Below are positions 23,764 to 33,666 of a stretch of 64,000 nt of DNA, in pieces. This DNA comes from an uncultured Candidatus Micrarchaeota archaeon (GTDB taxonomy: Archaea > Micrarchaeota > Micrarchaeia > Anstonellales > Bilamarchaeaceae). Both the position numbers and the translations under genes were made by a program. The stretch lies in NCBI GenBank assembly GCA_963791815.1, contig CAWBTT010000004.1, positions 130,215-194,214 on the forward strand, written 5' to 3'. Each line of letters starts with the position of its first letter. Position 1 is the stretch's first letter. The notes under the pieces are model-generated. The model was not told the origin of the DNA, did not search any database, and was given only the letters and a program-made list of their open reading frames with translations.

Positions 23764-26295
23764 CTAAGAAAGTTTCCAATATTTCTTGTTCTTGATGAAA
23801 TTCTTCTGCGCTTCAAGCAAATCCAGGATGAATGTTTCCTCATCCTTGTGAAGCTTTCGAAGAACACGGTCTGCAACGACGGCGCCGACTCCATATGTCA
23901 TCAGAGCAATCAGGGCTTTCTTTCCATAGGAACGTATCAGACCTGAAGTGAATTCAAGGTCAGTCCCTTTGACTGCGAGGCTCGCGTGGTCGCATTTGTG
24001 GCATTTGATTTTCTGCGGGGCGCTGGCAAGATGCATGAACCTTGTCGCCTTGCAGTTGGTGCAGACAAGCTCTGCCGTTTTTGATAGGATATTCTCCTTG
24101 AATGCGGCGACTATTCTTTCCCTTGGCTCGAATGCGCCAAGACTCTCCCCTCCGGAAAGTCTTTTGATTCCAATCTCGGCAAAGAACCCTGGTTTTTTCC
24201 TCTGGTCGACTAGGAGTTCAATCTTCCCGTTTCGAATTAAGTTCATGATTTCCTCTGCTTTTTTCACATCAAAATAACGGAAAAAGATAGAGCGGACCGT
24301 TTCCTCATAAACAACCGAGTACCTAAGCGCATGAATGAACCTGCTGCTCACATTAGCGTCAACTGAAAGAAGGCCGAACATCCTTCCAACGTGCAGGAAC
24401 TTGAATCTCAGAAGTGCAGAGGATTCAAGAGACTCTTCAAGCGCGAGTTTGATATTCCTTATTGAAAGGAAAGAATCCTTCACATGCTCCTCTTTCAGCG
24501 GAAAAGGAAGCTTCAGCATAATCCGGTATGGGTCAGTGACAGCGTAAACGCTCTCCCCGACAAGTGATGAAAGCTTCTTTGAGAATATTCTTGCAAGCGC
24601 GTTGTTTACCTTGTGGCCAAAGCAGGCATGGACGATTATCAAGTCCTGTATAATCTCAATGACCACGGTTTTATCATCAGGAACTATGTTCGTATTCTTG
24701 GCTTTTCTCATCCTTCCGACTTCCTGCGCAACTTCGAATGATACTGGGATATCTTCGCCGCTCCATGAGGGCACCATGATTTGCGAGCCTCCGCTCGGCT
24801 CTGCAAGAACAGCATCATCAGTGATGTCAACAACGCTCCATGGTTTTCCCTGTGAAAGGAAAGATGTGCCAGGCTCCAGATTGACAACGAACTCCTCATC
24901 AAGAGAGGAGATTACCCTGTTTGAGGATATGTCCTTCATGAAAAAACGTTTTGTTTTCGGAATTGTGCTTAGGAATGTGTAGTAGTATTCCCTTGCCCTC
25001 CGTTTTGCTCGTATGGATACTCCGCGCTCATGTTCATCATAGAATACAATGTCCTCTGAGTGGAGCTGGAGCGCGATTTTCCGGAGCTCTTCGTATGAGA
25101 TTCCATATGCATATGAACGTGAAAGAATCTGGTGGATTTTCGAGAGTTCAGTGCGGCCAAAATCAAGAAGGATACCGACGATTTGATGGGCAATGACATC
25201 ATATGCCCCGCGCTCGACGAGCTTTTTCTCTATCCTCCCGTTTTCAGCAAATACTGCTAGCACCTGCGATTCAAGAAGGTCATCAAAATCATTGGTAAAT
25301 ATTATCCCTCTTGGTTTTTTGTCAAGCGAATGCCCTGATCTGCCAACCCTTTGAATCAGGCGGAAAACCTGGTGCGGGGAGCCATACTGCATGACCAGGG
25401 AAACATCACCCACGTCAATGCCAAGTTCGAGTGAGGATGTGCAGAGAATGGAATTGATTTCGCCATTCTTGAACATGTCCTCAGCAGAGAGCCGCACCCC
25501 CTTTGCCAATGAACCATGATGAACAGCAATTGGAGCTTTCAGTTCCTGCAATGAGGCTCCAAGTTCCTCTGCAGTGCTTCTTGTATTCACAAAAATGAGA
25601 GAACGGTTTTCTTCTGAGAGTTCCTTCATCCGCGCCTCTTGTTTTTTCTCTGAGGAAATATTTTCTATTGCGATGTCCATGTGGCGGTTCTTCCCGGTTT
25701 CACAGACCATGTAGGGCCGCTCGCCAAATGAGAGTTTTGCAGCTTCCTTCTCATCTGCGACAGTCGCGCTGATTGCGATTCGCTGGAATTTGGCAATTTC
25801 ATTCAAACGTTCAAGGCCAAGGGATAGCTGCGCGCCGCGCTTGTTGTCAACAATGTCATGAACTTCATCAATAATCACAAACTGGATATTCATCAGGTGC
25901 TTGCGCATGATTGGTCCCATGAGAAGAGCCTGCAGTGATTCGACGGTAGTAAGAAGTATTTTAGGTGGATTCTTCCTGTGCTTTGTTCTTGTTGCCTGAG
26001 AGGTATCTCCTGAGCGGATATCATGACTAATATCAAGCCTCTCACACCACCAGTTGAATCTTTCTTTCAAATCTCTGGAGAGCGCTCTTAATGGAGTGAT
26101 GTAAAGGGCGCATATTCCGCTTTCTTTATCATGGATTTTCTCAAGGACTGGGAGTAGCGCGCATTCGGTTTTGCCTGAACCGGTTGGAGCAAGGATAAGG
26201 ACATTCTGCCCAGATAGCACTCTGGGTATGGCAAGTTTCTGAATAGGAGTAAGCTCACCGAACCTTTCTCTGACCAGAGAAGCAACATTGGCCAT
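23764..26295 (-). CDS. lhr: Lhr-family superfamily-2 DNA helicase
   Basis: Motifs APTGSGKTE, DEVH, SATV and RVGRSGH. 843 aa with a C-terminal Cys-cluster extension. Confidence 0.8.
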   Translation of the reverse strand: MANVASLVRERFGELTPIQKLAIPRVLSGQNVLILAPTGSGKTECALLPVLEKIHDKESGICALYITPLRALSRDLKERFNWWCERLDISHDIRSGDTSQATRTKHRKNPPKILLTTVESLQALLMGPIMRKHLMNIQFVIIDEVHDIVDNKRGAQLSLGLERLNEIAKFQRIAISATVADEKEAAKLSFGERPYMVCETGKNRHMDIAIENISSEKKQEARMKELSEENRSLIFVNTRSTAEELGASLQELKAPIAVHHGSLAKGVRLSAEDMFKNGEINSILCTSSLELGIDVGDVSLVMQYGSPHQVFRLIQRVGRSGHSLDKKPRGIIFTNDFDDLLESQVLAVFAENGRIEKKLVERGAYDVIAHQIVGILLDFGRTELSKIHQILSRSYAYGISYEELRKIALQLHSEDIVFYDEHERGVSIRAKRRAREYYYTFLSTIPKTKRFFMKDISSNRVISSLDEEFVVNLEPGTSFLSQGKPWSVVDITDDAVLAEPSGGSQIMVPSWSGEDIPVSFEVAQEVGRMRKAKNTNIVPDDKTVVIEIIQDLIIVHACFGHKVNNALARIFSKKLSSLVGESVYAVTDPYRIMLKLPFPLKEEHVKDSFLSIRNIKLALEESLESSALLRFKFLHVGRMFGLLSVDANVSSRFIHALRYSVVYEETVRSIFFRYFDVKKAEEIMNLIRNGKIELLVDQRKKPGFFAEIGIKRLSGGESLGAFEPRERIVAAFKENILSKTAELVCTNCKATRFMHLASAPQKIKCHKCDHASLAVKGTDLEFTSGLIRSYGKKALIALMTYGVGAVVADRVLRKLHKDEETFILDLLEAQKNFIKNKKYWKLS

Positions 26296-26319
26296 GTAAT
26301 AGAATTATGGATGCGAAAG

Positions 26320-26598
26320 TTAATTGACATCATTGTCAGGGTTGTTTATGTCGATTTTGATTTCTCCAGGCTCCTCCTTCTTTTCTTGCTGCTGCGGGGA
26401 ATGAGCTGGCGCCCGTATTCTGGGCCTCTTGTCTTCTTTTTCACGTTCCCTCCTCTGGCGGTCCCTTTTCAGCCACTCCTCTATGATTACCTGGTGCGGC
26501 ATATGAAGTGTCGGGGCTGCCTTCTGAGCAGGTTGCTTATTAAGTCGCCTAAAGCGAACGTTCATGTAAGTACTATGTAATATCCTGTATTTAAACAT
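26320..26598 (-). CDS. possible small basic protein
   Basis: ORF between the helicase and map. Highly charged (RDRQRREREKEDKRPR). A mirror ORF exists on the + strand, so coding status is uncertain. Confidence 0.2.
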   Translation of the reverse strand: MFKYRILHSTYMNVRFRRLNKQPAQKAAPTLHMPHQVIIEEWLKRDRQRREREKEDKRPRIRAPAHSPQQQEKKEEPGEIKIDINNPDNDVN

Positions 26599-26637
26599 TT
26601 GTCACAGATAATATTGTTCATATTCTGAGGTTATCAT

Positions 26638-27534
26638 ATGACTGATAATGAAATTGAGGCATTCAGGCAGGCTGGTTTGCTTGCATCAAAAATCAGAGAA
26701 GACAGCAAAAGGCTCATCATGGTAGGCGAATCCCTTCTGGACATCGCCGAGACTGTTGAGCAGATGATTGGGGAAGAGGGCGCAAAACCAGCATTCCCGG
26801 TCAATATTTCGATAAACGACATCGCAGCACATTACACCCCCGAAGCTGGATCCCAGGCCAGCCTTGAGGATGATGATTTGGTCAAAGTGGACATGGGACT
26901 GGAACTGAATGGCGGATTGTCTGACACTGCTTATACGATAGACCTCTCAGGCAAGAGTGAGAAACTTGTCCAGGCGTCAGAGGACGCGCTCCAGAAAGCG
27001 ATTGACGCGATAAAGCCGGGGATTGCTGTTGGAGATATTGGCGGGGTGATTGAGGAAACAATCAAGGGCTATGGCTACAAGCCAATAGCCAATCTCTCAG
27101 GCCACATGATTAAGTCCAACGAGCTTCATGCAGGGGTGGAAATCCCGAACATTAAGACTAATGACAATTACCAGCTCAAAGAAGGCGAGATATTCGCAGT
27201 TGAGCCATTCTCAACAACTGGTAACGGATTTGTCGAGGACCTTGAGCAGGTCGAAATATTCTCATTGTATTCTCCTGCCAAAGTAAGGATGAGGCAGTCA
27301 AGAAAAATAATCGAGCATGTCATCAAGAACTACGGCATGCTGCCATTTGCAGAAAGATGGGTGAGGAAGGAATTCAAGTCCAAGCTTCTTGTAAGCGCTG
27401 CCCTTAGGGAACTTCTGGAGAATCAGTTCATTAGAGGCTACCCGGTTTTAAGAGAAGTCAGCAGAGGTTTGGTCGCCCAGTCAGAGCATACTATCTTAGT
27501 GACTGCAGATGGGTGCGAAGTACTGACTAAATGA
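26638..27534 (+). CDS. map: methionine aminopeptidase, type II (archaeal)
   Basis: 298 aa. FPVNISINDIAAHYTP, DLVKVDMG, GHMI and FAVEPF metal-ligand contexts. Confidence 0.9.
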   Translation: MTDNEIEAFRQAGLLASKIREDSKRLIMVGESLLDIAETVEQMIGEEGAKPAFPVNISINDIAAHYTPEAGSQASLEDDDLVKVDMGLELNGGLSDTAYTIDLSGKSEKLVQASEDALQKAIDAIKPGIAVGDIGGVIEETIKGYGYKPIANLSGHMIKSNELHAGVEIPNIKTNDNYQLKEGEIFAVEPFSTTGNGFVEDLEQVEIFSLYSPAKVRMRQSRKIIEHVIKNYGMLPFAERWVRKEFKSKLLVSAALRELLENQFIRGYPVLREVSRGLVAQSEHTILVTADGCEVLTK

Positions 27535-27859
27535 GTTTGTACTCTCCCCTTTCCTTGTAGATGATACTGGGTTTTCCATCCACTAGGTCGTTCATAAGTT
27601 TGAGAATCAGCCTCAGCTCCCCTGCGACAACGAAACTTGGCACTCCGGATTCTTCTGCTATTATTGCAACGCACATGCCCGCCTCGCTGGCAGTCCTTGC
27701 GAATATCCGGAGGTGTATATCCTCATCTAAAGAAGATGCGATTCTCTGCCGAAGCTCAAGCTCAGGCAGTTTGGATGAGAACTCGTTTATCCTCTGGGAT
27801 ATCTGCGGGCCTTGCTCCTTTGGCTTGAAGAGAGCGAAGGCTCTGCCTGGCTGTTTCAT
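27527..27859 (-). CDS. hypothetical protein
   Basis: 110-aa ORF with no motif recognised. Overlaps the map stop by 8 nt (convergent). Confidence 0.35.
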   Translation of the reverse strand: MKQPGRAFALFKPKEQGPQISQRINEFSSKLPELELRQRIASSLDEDIHLRIFARTASEAGMCVAIIAEESGVPSFVVAGELRLILKLMNDLVDGKPSIIYKERGEYKLI

Positions 27860-27967
27860 TGGTAATATGGTTGATTGCTACATAATATAAATATTTCCAT
27901 ATTTAACCACAATAAGTAAAAGCACTAGAGAATGTTTTATGAATAGTAATGGTTTATGAATACTCAC

Positions 27968-28067
27968 GGGCCCGTGGCTTAACCTGGATATAGCGAGTGG
28001 CTTCGGAAGCCTTCTCCAAATCGCTGGAGAAACCACTAGGTTAGGGGTTCGAATCCCCTCGGGCCCG
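27968..28067 (+). tRNA. tRNA-Arg (TCG) with canonical 25-nt intron (28007..28031)
   Basis: GGGCCCG...AGTGG CTTCGG | intron | A CCACT AGGTT AGGGGTTCGAATCCCCT CGGGCCC G. BHB: CTTC pairs with GGAG; the bulges are GG|A and AA|A. Confidence 0.9.
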
Positions 28068-28070
28068 ATT

Positions 28071-29069
28071 CTAATTAACTTCAGAGGTCAGATAGAGATG
28101 GTTCCGATAATGCATATGGTCTTTTACCATTATCTCAAGACCGCTGGCAAGATAGAACGCTCCTCTTGAAAACATGGAAATCTGGTCATCAATCAGGTGT
28201 TCGGGAAGTTCATCGGCATGAACTCTTAGAGAGGCTGCTGCAAGAAGAGAATACGTTTTCGTCATTTTTGATTTTAAGAAATCGAGCGCCCTTCCAATGT
28301 ATGGGCTCTCTGGCCAGTGCCTTCCGCATTCGAAAAGCGAATCACCCATAAGTTCAACCATGCGGTGCACCTCATCCTCAGGCGGATACTCCCCCTCAAT
28401 CTGCATCATGGCAATCGTCCTCTGGGCAAGAAGCCTTGCCGTGTTCTCAGCTGCCATGGCATGGGTTGCTCCGAGCATCGCCATGTCGCTTATGAGCTCC
28501 AGGGTATGCATGGGCGGGGGGATTTGCGAAAGTGATAGGATTGCAAAGGGGCTCTCCTCAATCCCCATTATGGCAAGGACAGGCTCGAATTCCTCATGCC
28601 CGATTATCGCGAGCGCAGGGTAGCACTCAAAGCCGTTCCTGCGCAGCAGTGATGTTGCAAGCATGTAGGGCTCAAGGATATGTGTGAATGAAATGGAAAG
28701 GTGTCCTTCCCTCGACTCGCCGCCAAGGATTGAGCCTGCTGTTATCGGGAGCTCTGAAAGAACGACTGAATCGTTCATTGTAAAGGAACTTTTATCCGTG
28801 ATTGCCTCTGCTGTTTTTTCTACAAACTCCATCCTGGATGAGCTCATCCTTAGGATGTGTCCGCAAAGCCTTCCAACAATTCCCCCGCAATCAGAATATG
28901 GGCCTTCCTCAAGAGGGATTGCGTATTTTCGCAGCTCTTCTGAAGCAGCGTCCATGCTGGTAAGAACATGGTGCTTGCCAGCCATTTTTGTCGGGTCAAG
29001 AATCCTGCTGGGGCTCTTATTATCGAATACGATTCGCCGGAGGTTTATTCTTGATGTTGTTGTCTGCAT
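28071..29069 (-). CDS. orphan protein, partner of the HExxH protein
   Basis: 332-aa ORF, 9 nt downstream of gene 29079..30830. Its stop lies 3 nt from the tRNA-Arg 3' end. No motif recognised. Confidence 0.5.
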   Translation of the reverse strand: MQTTTSRINLRRIVFDNKSPSRILDPTKMAGKHHVLTSMDAASEELRKYAIPLEEGPYSDCGGIVGRLCGHILRMSSSRMEFVEKTAEAITDKSSFTMNDSVVLSELPITAGSILGGESREGHLSISFTHILEPYMLATSLLRRNGFECYPALAIIGHEEFEPVLAIMGIEESPFAILSLSQIPPPMHTLELISDMAMLGATHAMAAENTARLLAQRTIAMMQIEGEYPPEDEVHRMVELMGDSLFECGRHWPESPYIGRALDFLKSKMTKTYSLLAAASLRVHADELPEHLIDDQISMFSRGAFYLASGLEIMVKDHMHYRNHLYLTSEVN

Positions 29070-29078
29070 TCGAACATC

Positions 29079-30830
29079 TCAGTGCATTATCGGTTTGGGC
29101 TTCTGGCCAGTATCTTCAAGCAGTCTGCTGAGCCTCGCCTTCCAGGGCTCTTCCATTCCAGCATACCCATATTCATTTAGTATTGAGGCTGTTGTCACTG
29201 CGATTGGACTTCCCCCTCCGAATACGCTCAGGCTGGAGAGCATTGTACTTGCTATCGCATGCCCAAGTGCGTATTCCATGCTCGCCCCGGGAGTGGTTGT
29301 AAGCGTGATTTCTGCCCCCCAGGAGTTTCCAAGGAGGTTGTTTGACAATTCAGTATCAGTTGGAGATACTGGAAATTCCCTTAAAAGATGAGCGTATATC
29401 TCGCTGACTTCGGCTGGTGCCACCTCATACATAGCAAGCTCAGTGATGCCGCGGATTGCCCATTCCCTCATCCTGGTCCCATCAAGGAATTTAGATGTAA
29501 GATAGACCAAATTGTGATCTTCGGGTGTGAAACTTCCAAGTTCCGATATTGCTCTCGAATCAGATATCAAAGCCTCAACAGTTATTGCCATTGCTTCTCT
29601 GAATGCTTCAGTATCTGTTTTGTAGAATCTGGACCCATCATTACGGTCCATCCCATCATAGTGAAGTATGTGTCCAGTCTCATGTGCAAGCGCCGCGAGA
29701 TACTGCCTTGGGTCCTGCTTTGTGCCTGGATTCACTCCGGCAACATAATCCCGGACCCCTTTTCCAAACCTGAGCGCGCCCTCCTCTGCCCCTGCTGCTG
29801 GACTGAGCTCAAGCGATACGAAGTGCGGCGCATCACCAAATGATTTGAGGTCCAGGTAGGGTTTTCCATTAACTTCACCAAAGAATCCGCACATGTCCAT
29901 AATGTGCTTGAAGAAGCCAAATGAGCCTTGAAGCGATTGCGGATAAACTTCAAGAACTCCAGATTGCCCAAGGAACTGGCTAACTAGCCGATAATCATTG
30001 AGCGGGCTTGGTTTCACTCCAGCTGCTCTCCCAATCTCATCAAGGAATTCGCCTAGGTTTTTTACAGAATTTAAAAGAGTGACAACCCTATCCTTGAATT
30101 CGGCGGGGCTAAGCTCGTTCCTTCCAAGCACCACATCAGCAAAGGTCTTGACATCCATGCCAAGCTCTTTGCCAGCCTCTCTGGAAATCTGGTTCGCGAC
30201 TCTTGCGACATTGAACGCGATTGGTTGAAGCGTTGCTGATTGCCTCAGATACTCCATATACATTGCTCTTGAGATTACAGGTTCACTATCACTCATTGAC
30301 TGCCATGCTGTCATCAAATCGGCCTTTGCCATGGTCTGGCCTGAGAATTCATAGCGGAATGAGATGAGTTCTTTTGACGCTGCTTCTCGCGCCTCGAGCA
30401 GTTCTGGATTGCGGGCAACTGCCAAGTAGAGCAGTTCCCTGCGCCGGACATCCACCTCGCGCTTTTCTGCCGGGGTGCTGGCTTCAATTGCTGCTGATTT
30501 GAGTGCTCCGTAATAGTCCAATTTTTTTGGAAGCTCGGCAAGCTCTTTGCCAAGCCCCACTATTTCATCATAGCTTGCTGCGCCGTGCCAATCTGCCCAT
30601 ATGAGCCTTTTCTGTTTCTCTGAAAGTTCTGCTTCCAAAGAATCAAATGCCTCAAGCTTTCCTCTTGTGCTGTTTGATATCCCTGACCCGGGTTCTGGTT
30701 TCAATTCGTCTGTTTTTGGTTTTGCCCCACTGAACTCGGCTCCCCTTTCTTTCTGCAACCCAGCTAGGCGTGCCATCCTCTCTCTAACTGATAATTTTTT
30801 TCCTGCCATTGGACCACGACGATTATTCAA
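29079..30830 (-). CDS. putative gluzincin-type zinc metallopeptidase (HExxH)
   Basis: LAALAHETGHILHY with Glu residues 24-27 aa downstream (TEAFREAMA) fits an HExxH...E site. The remainder is unrecognised. Confidence 0.5.
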   Translation of the reverse strand: MNNRRGPMAGKKLSVRERMARLAGLQKERGAEFSGAKPKTDELKPEPGSGISNSTRGKLEAFDSLEAELSEKQKRLIWADWHGAASYDEIVGLGKELAELPKKLDYYGALKSAAIEASTPAEKREVDVRRRELLYLAVARNPELLEAREAASKELISFRYEFSGQTMAKADLMTAWQSMSDSEPVISRAMYMEYLRQSATLQPIAFNVARVANQISREAGKELGMDVKTFADVVLGRNELSPAEFKDRVVTLLNSVKNLGEFLDEIGRAAGVKPSPLNDYRLVSQFLGQSGVLEVYPQSLQGSFGFFKHIMDMCGFFGEVNGKPYLDLKSFGDAPHFVSLELSPAAGAEEGALRFGKGVRDYVAGVNPGTKQDPRQYLAALAHETGHILHYDGMDRNDGSRFYKTDTEAFREAMAITVEALISDSRAISELGSFTPEDHNLVYLTSKFLDGTRMREWAIRGITELAMYEVAPAEVSEIYAHLLREFPVSPTDTELSNNLLGNSWGAEITLTTTPGASMEYALGHAIASTMLSSLSVFGGGSPIAVTTASILNEYGYAGMEEPWKARLSRLLEDTGQKPKPIMH

Positions 30831-30951
30831 TATTGTTACAATATGTATAAAAATGTATTTTATTCGCTATAACGGCTAATGCCGACATGCATTACGATAA
30901 TTTTTTAATTGGTGGCCCAAAAGAGGTATAGAATCCCAAACACGTGAGACT

Positions 30952-32760
30952 ATGGACTTTATTTGTAAAATAGCCGGTCAGGCCGGCGCAGGAATTATGG
31001 TTACAGGACGGATGATGGCCAAGTGCTTCACCCGTGGCAGCTACAATGTAGTAGGCTACCCAGAATACCCATCATTAGTCAGGGGAGGGCACAACGTTGT
31101 CCAGGTTTTTGTCAGCGACAAGGAAATCCATTCGCCAAGGCAAAAATGCGACGCAGTGATAGCGCTCAACAGGGACGCAATCTTCTACCACAAGGACTTT
31201 GTGAAAAAGGACGGCGTGATAATATATGACGAGGCACTTGACATCAGCGAATTCAAGATTCCAAAGGGAATCAAAGCCATGCCAGTGCCCCTCATGAAGC
31301 TCATCAGCAATGCTGGAGGAAGCGTGAAGATGAAAAACACTGTCGCTTTGGCTGGCGCGCTCGCCCTTGTTGAATATCCTTTTGATGTGCTTTCCAAAGT
31401 CATATCAGACGAGTTCGGAAGAAAGGGCCAGGAGATAGTTGACAAGAACATAGCAGCTGCCAAAGAGGGCTATGAATATGTAAAAGAGAAGAATGGCAGT
31501 TTCCCAATCAAAATGAAACCAATCTCAAATAAGAGGAAAATAGTTCTTGGAGGAAACGAGGCGGTGGCGCTTGGGGCTGTCGCGGGCGGAATGAAATTCT
31601 ACTCAGCATACCCAATGACCCCAGCCTCTTCAATATTGCACTACTTGTTTGCCAATGAGAGGAAATTCAATATCCTTGTTAAGCAGACAGAAGATGAGAT
31701 TGCGGCTATGAATTACACTGTCGGAGCTTCATTTGCCGGGGTCCGCTCAATGACCGGAACTTCCGGTGGCGGATTCGCTCTGATGGTAGAGGCCCTTGGA
31801 ATGGCTGCTCTGGCTGAGACTCCGATTGTAGCAGCATTGGTGCAGAGGGTCGGTCCAAGCACAGGGATGCCAACATGGACCGAGCAGGCTGATTTGCGTT
31901 TCGCACTCCATGCCTCGCAGGGAGATTTCCTGCGGGTTGTAGTCGCTCCTGGAGATGTTGATGAGGCATTCTACCTCTCAGCAGAGTCATTCAACCTGGC
32001 TGAGAAGTACCAGCTTCCAGTGATAATCATATCAGACAAGTTCCTTGCAGAGTCAGTCTTCTCAACTGAAAGGTTTGACCAGAAGAAGGTGAAGATTGAG
32101 CGGGGGAAAATCGTTGACAAGCTTCCGCCGCTCGAGGCTAACACTAGGTACAAACGATACAAGCTTACAAAGGATGGTGTTTCGCCAAGAGTGTTCCCTG
32201 GAACGCCGAACGGAATGCATGTCGGAACTTCATATGAGCATGATGAGACAGGTTTCAGTTCTGAAAGTTTCATCATGAGAACAAAGCAGGTCGACAAAAG
32301 AGCCGCCAAGCTCAATGGGCTGCTGAAGGACCTTCCCGCGCCAAAGGTTTATGGACCAAAGAAGGCAGACGTAACTCTGATGTGCTGGGGCTCGCACAAA
32401 ATGCCTGCCTTGGATGCTCTTAAGATGCTTGAGGAGGAGGGCGTGAAGGCCAATCTGGTCCATTTCACTTATCTCTATCCGCTTGATCAGAAGAAGATTG
32501 AGAAGATTCTTTCAGGCTCAAACAAAACAGTCATGCTTGAGAACAATTCAACAGGCCAGTTCGCTGGAATGCTCAAGGAATACTGCAGCATTGAGCCTGA
32601 CTTCCTGGTGCTCAAGTATGATGGAAGGCAGTTCTTTGCAGAGCAGATTACAGAGGAAGTTACGAAACTTGTCAAGAACAAGTTCAAGTCAGAGCGGGAA
32701 ATAAGGATTTGCGAGAAGGAGGATTTGGAATATTACAACCCGCAGAGGCATGGATTATAG
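30952..32760 (+). CDS. korA: 2-oxoacid:ferredoxin oxidoreductase, fused gamma/alpha subunit
   Basis: N-terminal gamma-like domain (GQAGAGIMVTGRMMAK), then the alpha domain (GNEAVALGAVAGGMKFYSAYPMTPAS). Confidence 0.85.
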   Translation: MDFICKIAGQAGAGIMVTGRMMAKCFTRGSYNVVGYPEYPSLVRGGHNVVQVFVSDKEIHSPRQKCDAVIALNRDAIFYHKDFVKKDGVIIYDEALDISEFKIPKGIKAMPVPLMKLISNAGGSVKMKNTVALAGALALVEYPFDVLSKVISDEFGRKGQEIVDKNIAAAKEGYEYVKEKNGSFPIKMKPISNKRKIVLGGNEAVALGAVAGGMKFYSAYPMTPASSILHYLFANERKFNILVKQTEDEIAAMNYTVGASFAGVRSMTGTSGGGFALMVEALGMAALAETPIVAALVQRVGPSTGMPTWTEQADLRFALHASQGDFLRVVVAPGDVDEAFYLSAESFNLAEKYQLPVIIISDKFLAESVFSTERFDQKKVKIERGKIVDKLPPLEANTRYKRYKLTKDGVSPRVFPGTPNGMHVGTSYEHDETGFSSESFIMRTKQVDKRAAKLNGLLKDLPAPKVYGPKKADVTLMCWGSHKMPALDALKMLEEEGVKANLVHFTYLYPLDQKKIEKILSGSNKTVMLENNSTGQFAGMLKEYCSIEPDFLVLKYDGRQFFAEQITEEVTKLVKNKFKSEREIRICEKEDLEYYNPQRHGL

Positions 32761-33639
32761 GTGAATATCATGGTAGTTACAATCAAGGATTTGGATGTTA
32801 AGGAAAAGATTCAGTGGTGCCCAGGATGCGGGGATCATGCCATAGTGAATTCTCTCAAGGGAGCTATAGCAGACCTTGATTTGGATTTGCACAACACGGT
32901 CGTTGTCTCAGGAATCGGATGCTCAAGCAAGCTTCCGCACTATGTTGACACATATGGATTCGAAAGCATCCACGGAAGGGGGCTGCCAGTCGCATCAGGA
33001 ATCAAGCTCGCAAACACTGACCTAAACGTAATTTCGGTCGGAGGAGACGGCGATGGGTATGGAATCGGAGTTCAGCACTTTGTCCACATCATGAGAAGGA
33101 ACTATGATTTGACATACATAGTTCACAACAACCAGATTTACGGCCTTACAACCGGCCAGGCATCACCCACAAGCCAGGAGGGAATGAAAACCAAGACAAC
33201 TCCGTGGGGAGTTATTGAGGAGCCTTTCAAGCCCCTGGTTACAGCGATAAATGGGGGTGCGACTTTTGTTGCAAGGGGATATGCAGGGGACCCAGTGCAC
33301 CTCAAAGAGCTCATGGAGCAGGCTATTCGGCACAAAGGGTTCGCATTCATTGATGTCCTCCAGCCATGCGTTACATTCAACAAGCTGAATACTTACCCAT
33401 GGTTCCAAGAGAGGGTATACAAGCTTGGGGATGACCATGACCCAACCGACAGGTGGGCTGCTCTGAAGAAGGCATATCAGGATTCTGAGTCTGACTTTGA
33501 GAAAGTTCCGATTGGTGTGTTCTACAAGGTTGAGAAGCCAACTTACGAGTCCCAGCTCCCTCAGATAAAGGATACTCCAATGGTCAAACAGAGCCTGAAG
33601 AATATCGACATTTCAATGGCTTATGAACATCTGGAATAA
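32761..33639 (+). CDS. korB: 2-oxoacid:ferredoxin oxidoreductase, beta (TPP-binding) subunit
   Basis: WCPGCGDH, SGIGCSS and GGDGDGYGIG motifs. The start (GTG 32761 or ATG 32770) abuts the korA stop. Confidence 0.85.
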   Translation: MNIMVVTIKDLDVKEKIQWCPGCGDHAIVNSLKGAIADLDLDLHNTVVVSGIGCSSKLPHYVDTYGFESIHGRGLPVASGIKLANTDLNVISVGGDGDGYGIGVQHFVHIMRRNYDLTYIVHNNQIYGLTTGQASPTSQEGMKTKTTPWGVIEEPFKPLVTAINGGATFVARGYAGDPVHLKELMEQAIRHKGFAFIDVLQPCVTFNKLNTYPWFQERVYKLGDDHDPTDRWAALKKAYQDSESDFEKVPIGVFYKVEKPTYESQLPQIKDTPMVKQSLKNIDISMAYEHLE

Positions 33640-33666
33640 AAATGGGGATTGCACAATAGATAACTT

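Noticed and set aside
26311-26598. Mirror ORFs (89 aa on the plus strand, 92 aa on the minus strand) in the helicase/map intergenic region.
   Set aside because: The real one cannot be decided, if either is. Both are low-complexity. Only the minus-strand ORF is listed, at low confidence.
28684-29391. Long antisense ORFs inside large genes. Examples: 28684..29391, 5240..5644, 10253..10546, 35666..36172, 37193..37591, 38190..38849, 39642..40250, 41347..41865, 46315..46860, 52690..53148.
   Set aside because: These are shadow ORFs opposite confidently identified or much longer genes. They have Ser/Pro/Cys/Leu-rich nonsense-like composition, no ribosome-binding or promoter signals, and no recognisable motifs.
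30925-30937. ggtatagaatccc as an attR copy of the tRNA-Arg T-arm.
   Set aside because: Only a 7-nt core (gaatccc) plus ggt matches, which is too short to distinguish from chance. It is mentioned only as a weak hint.
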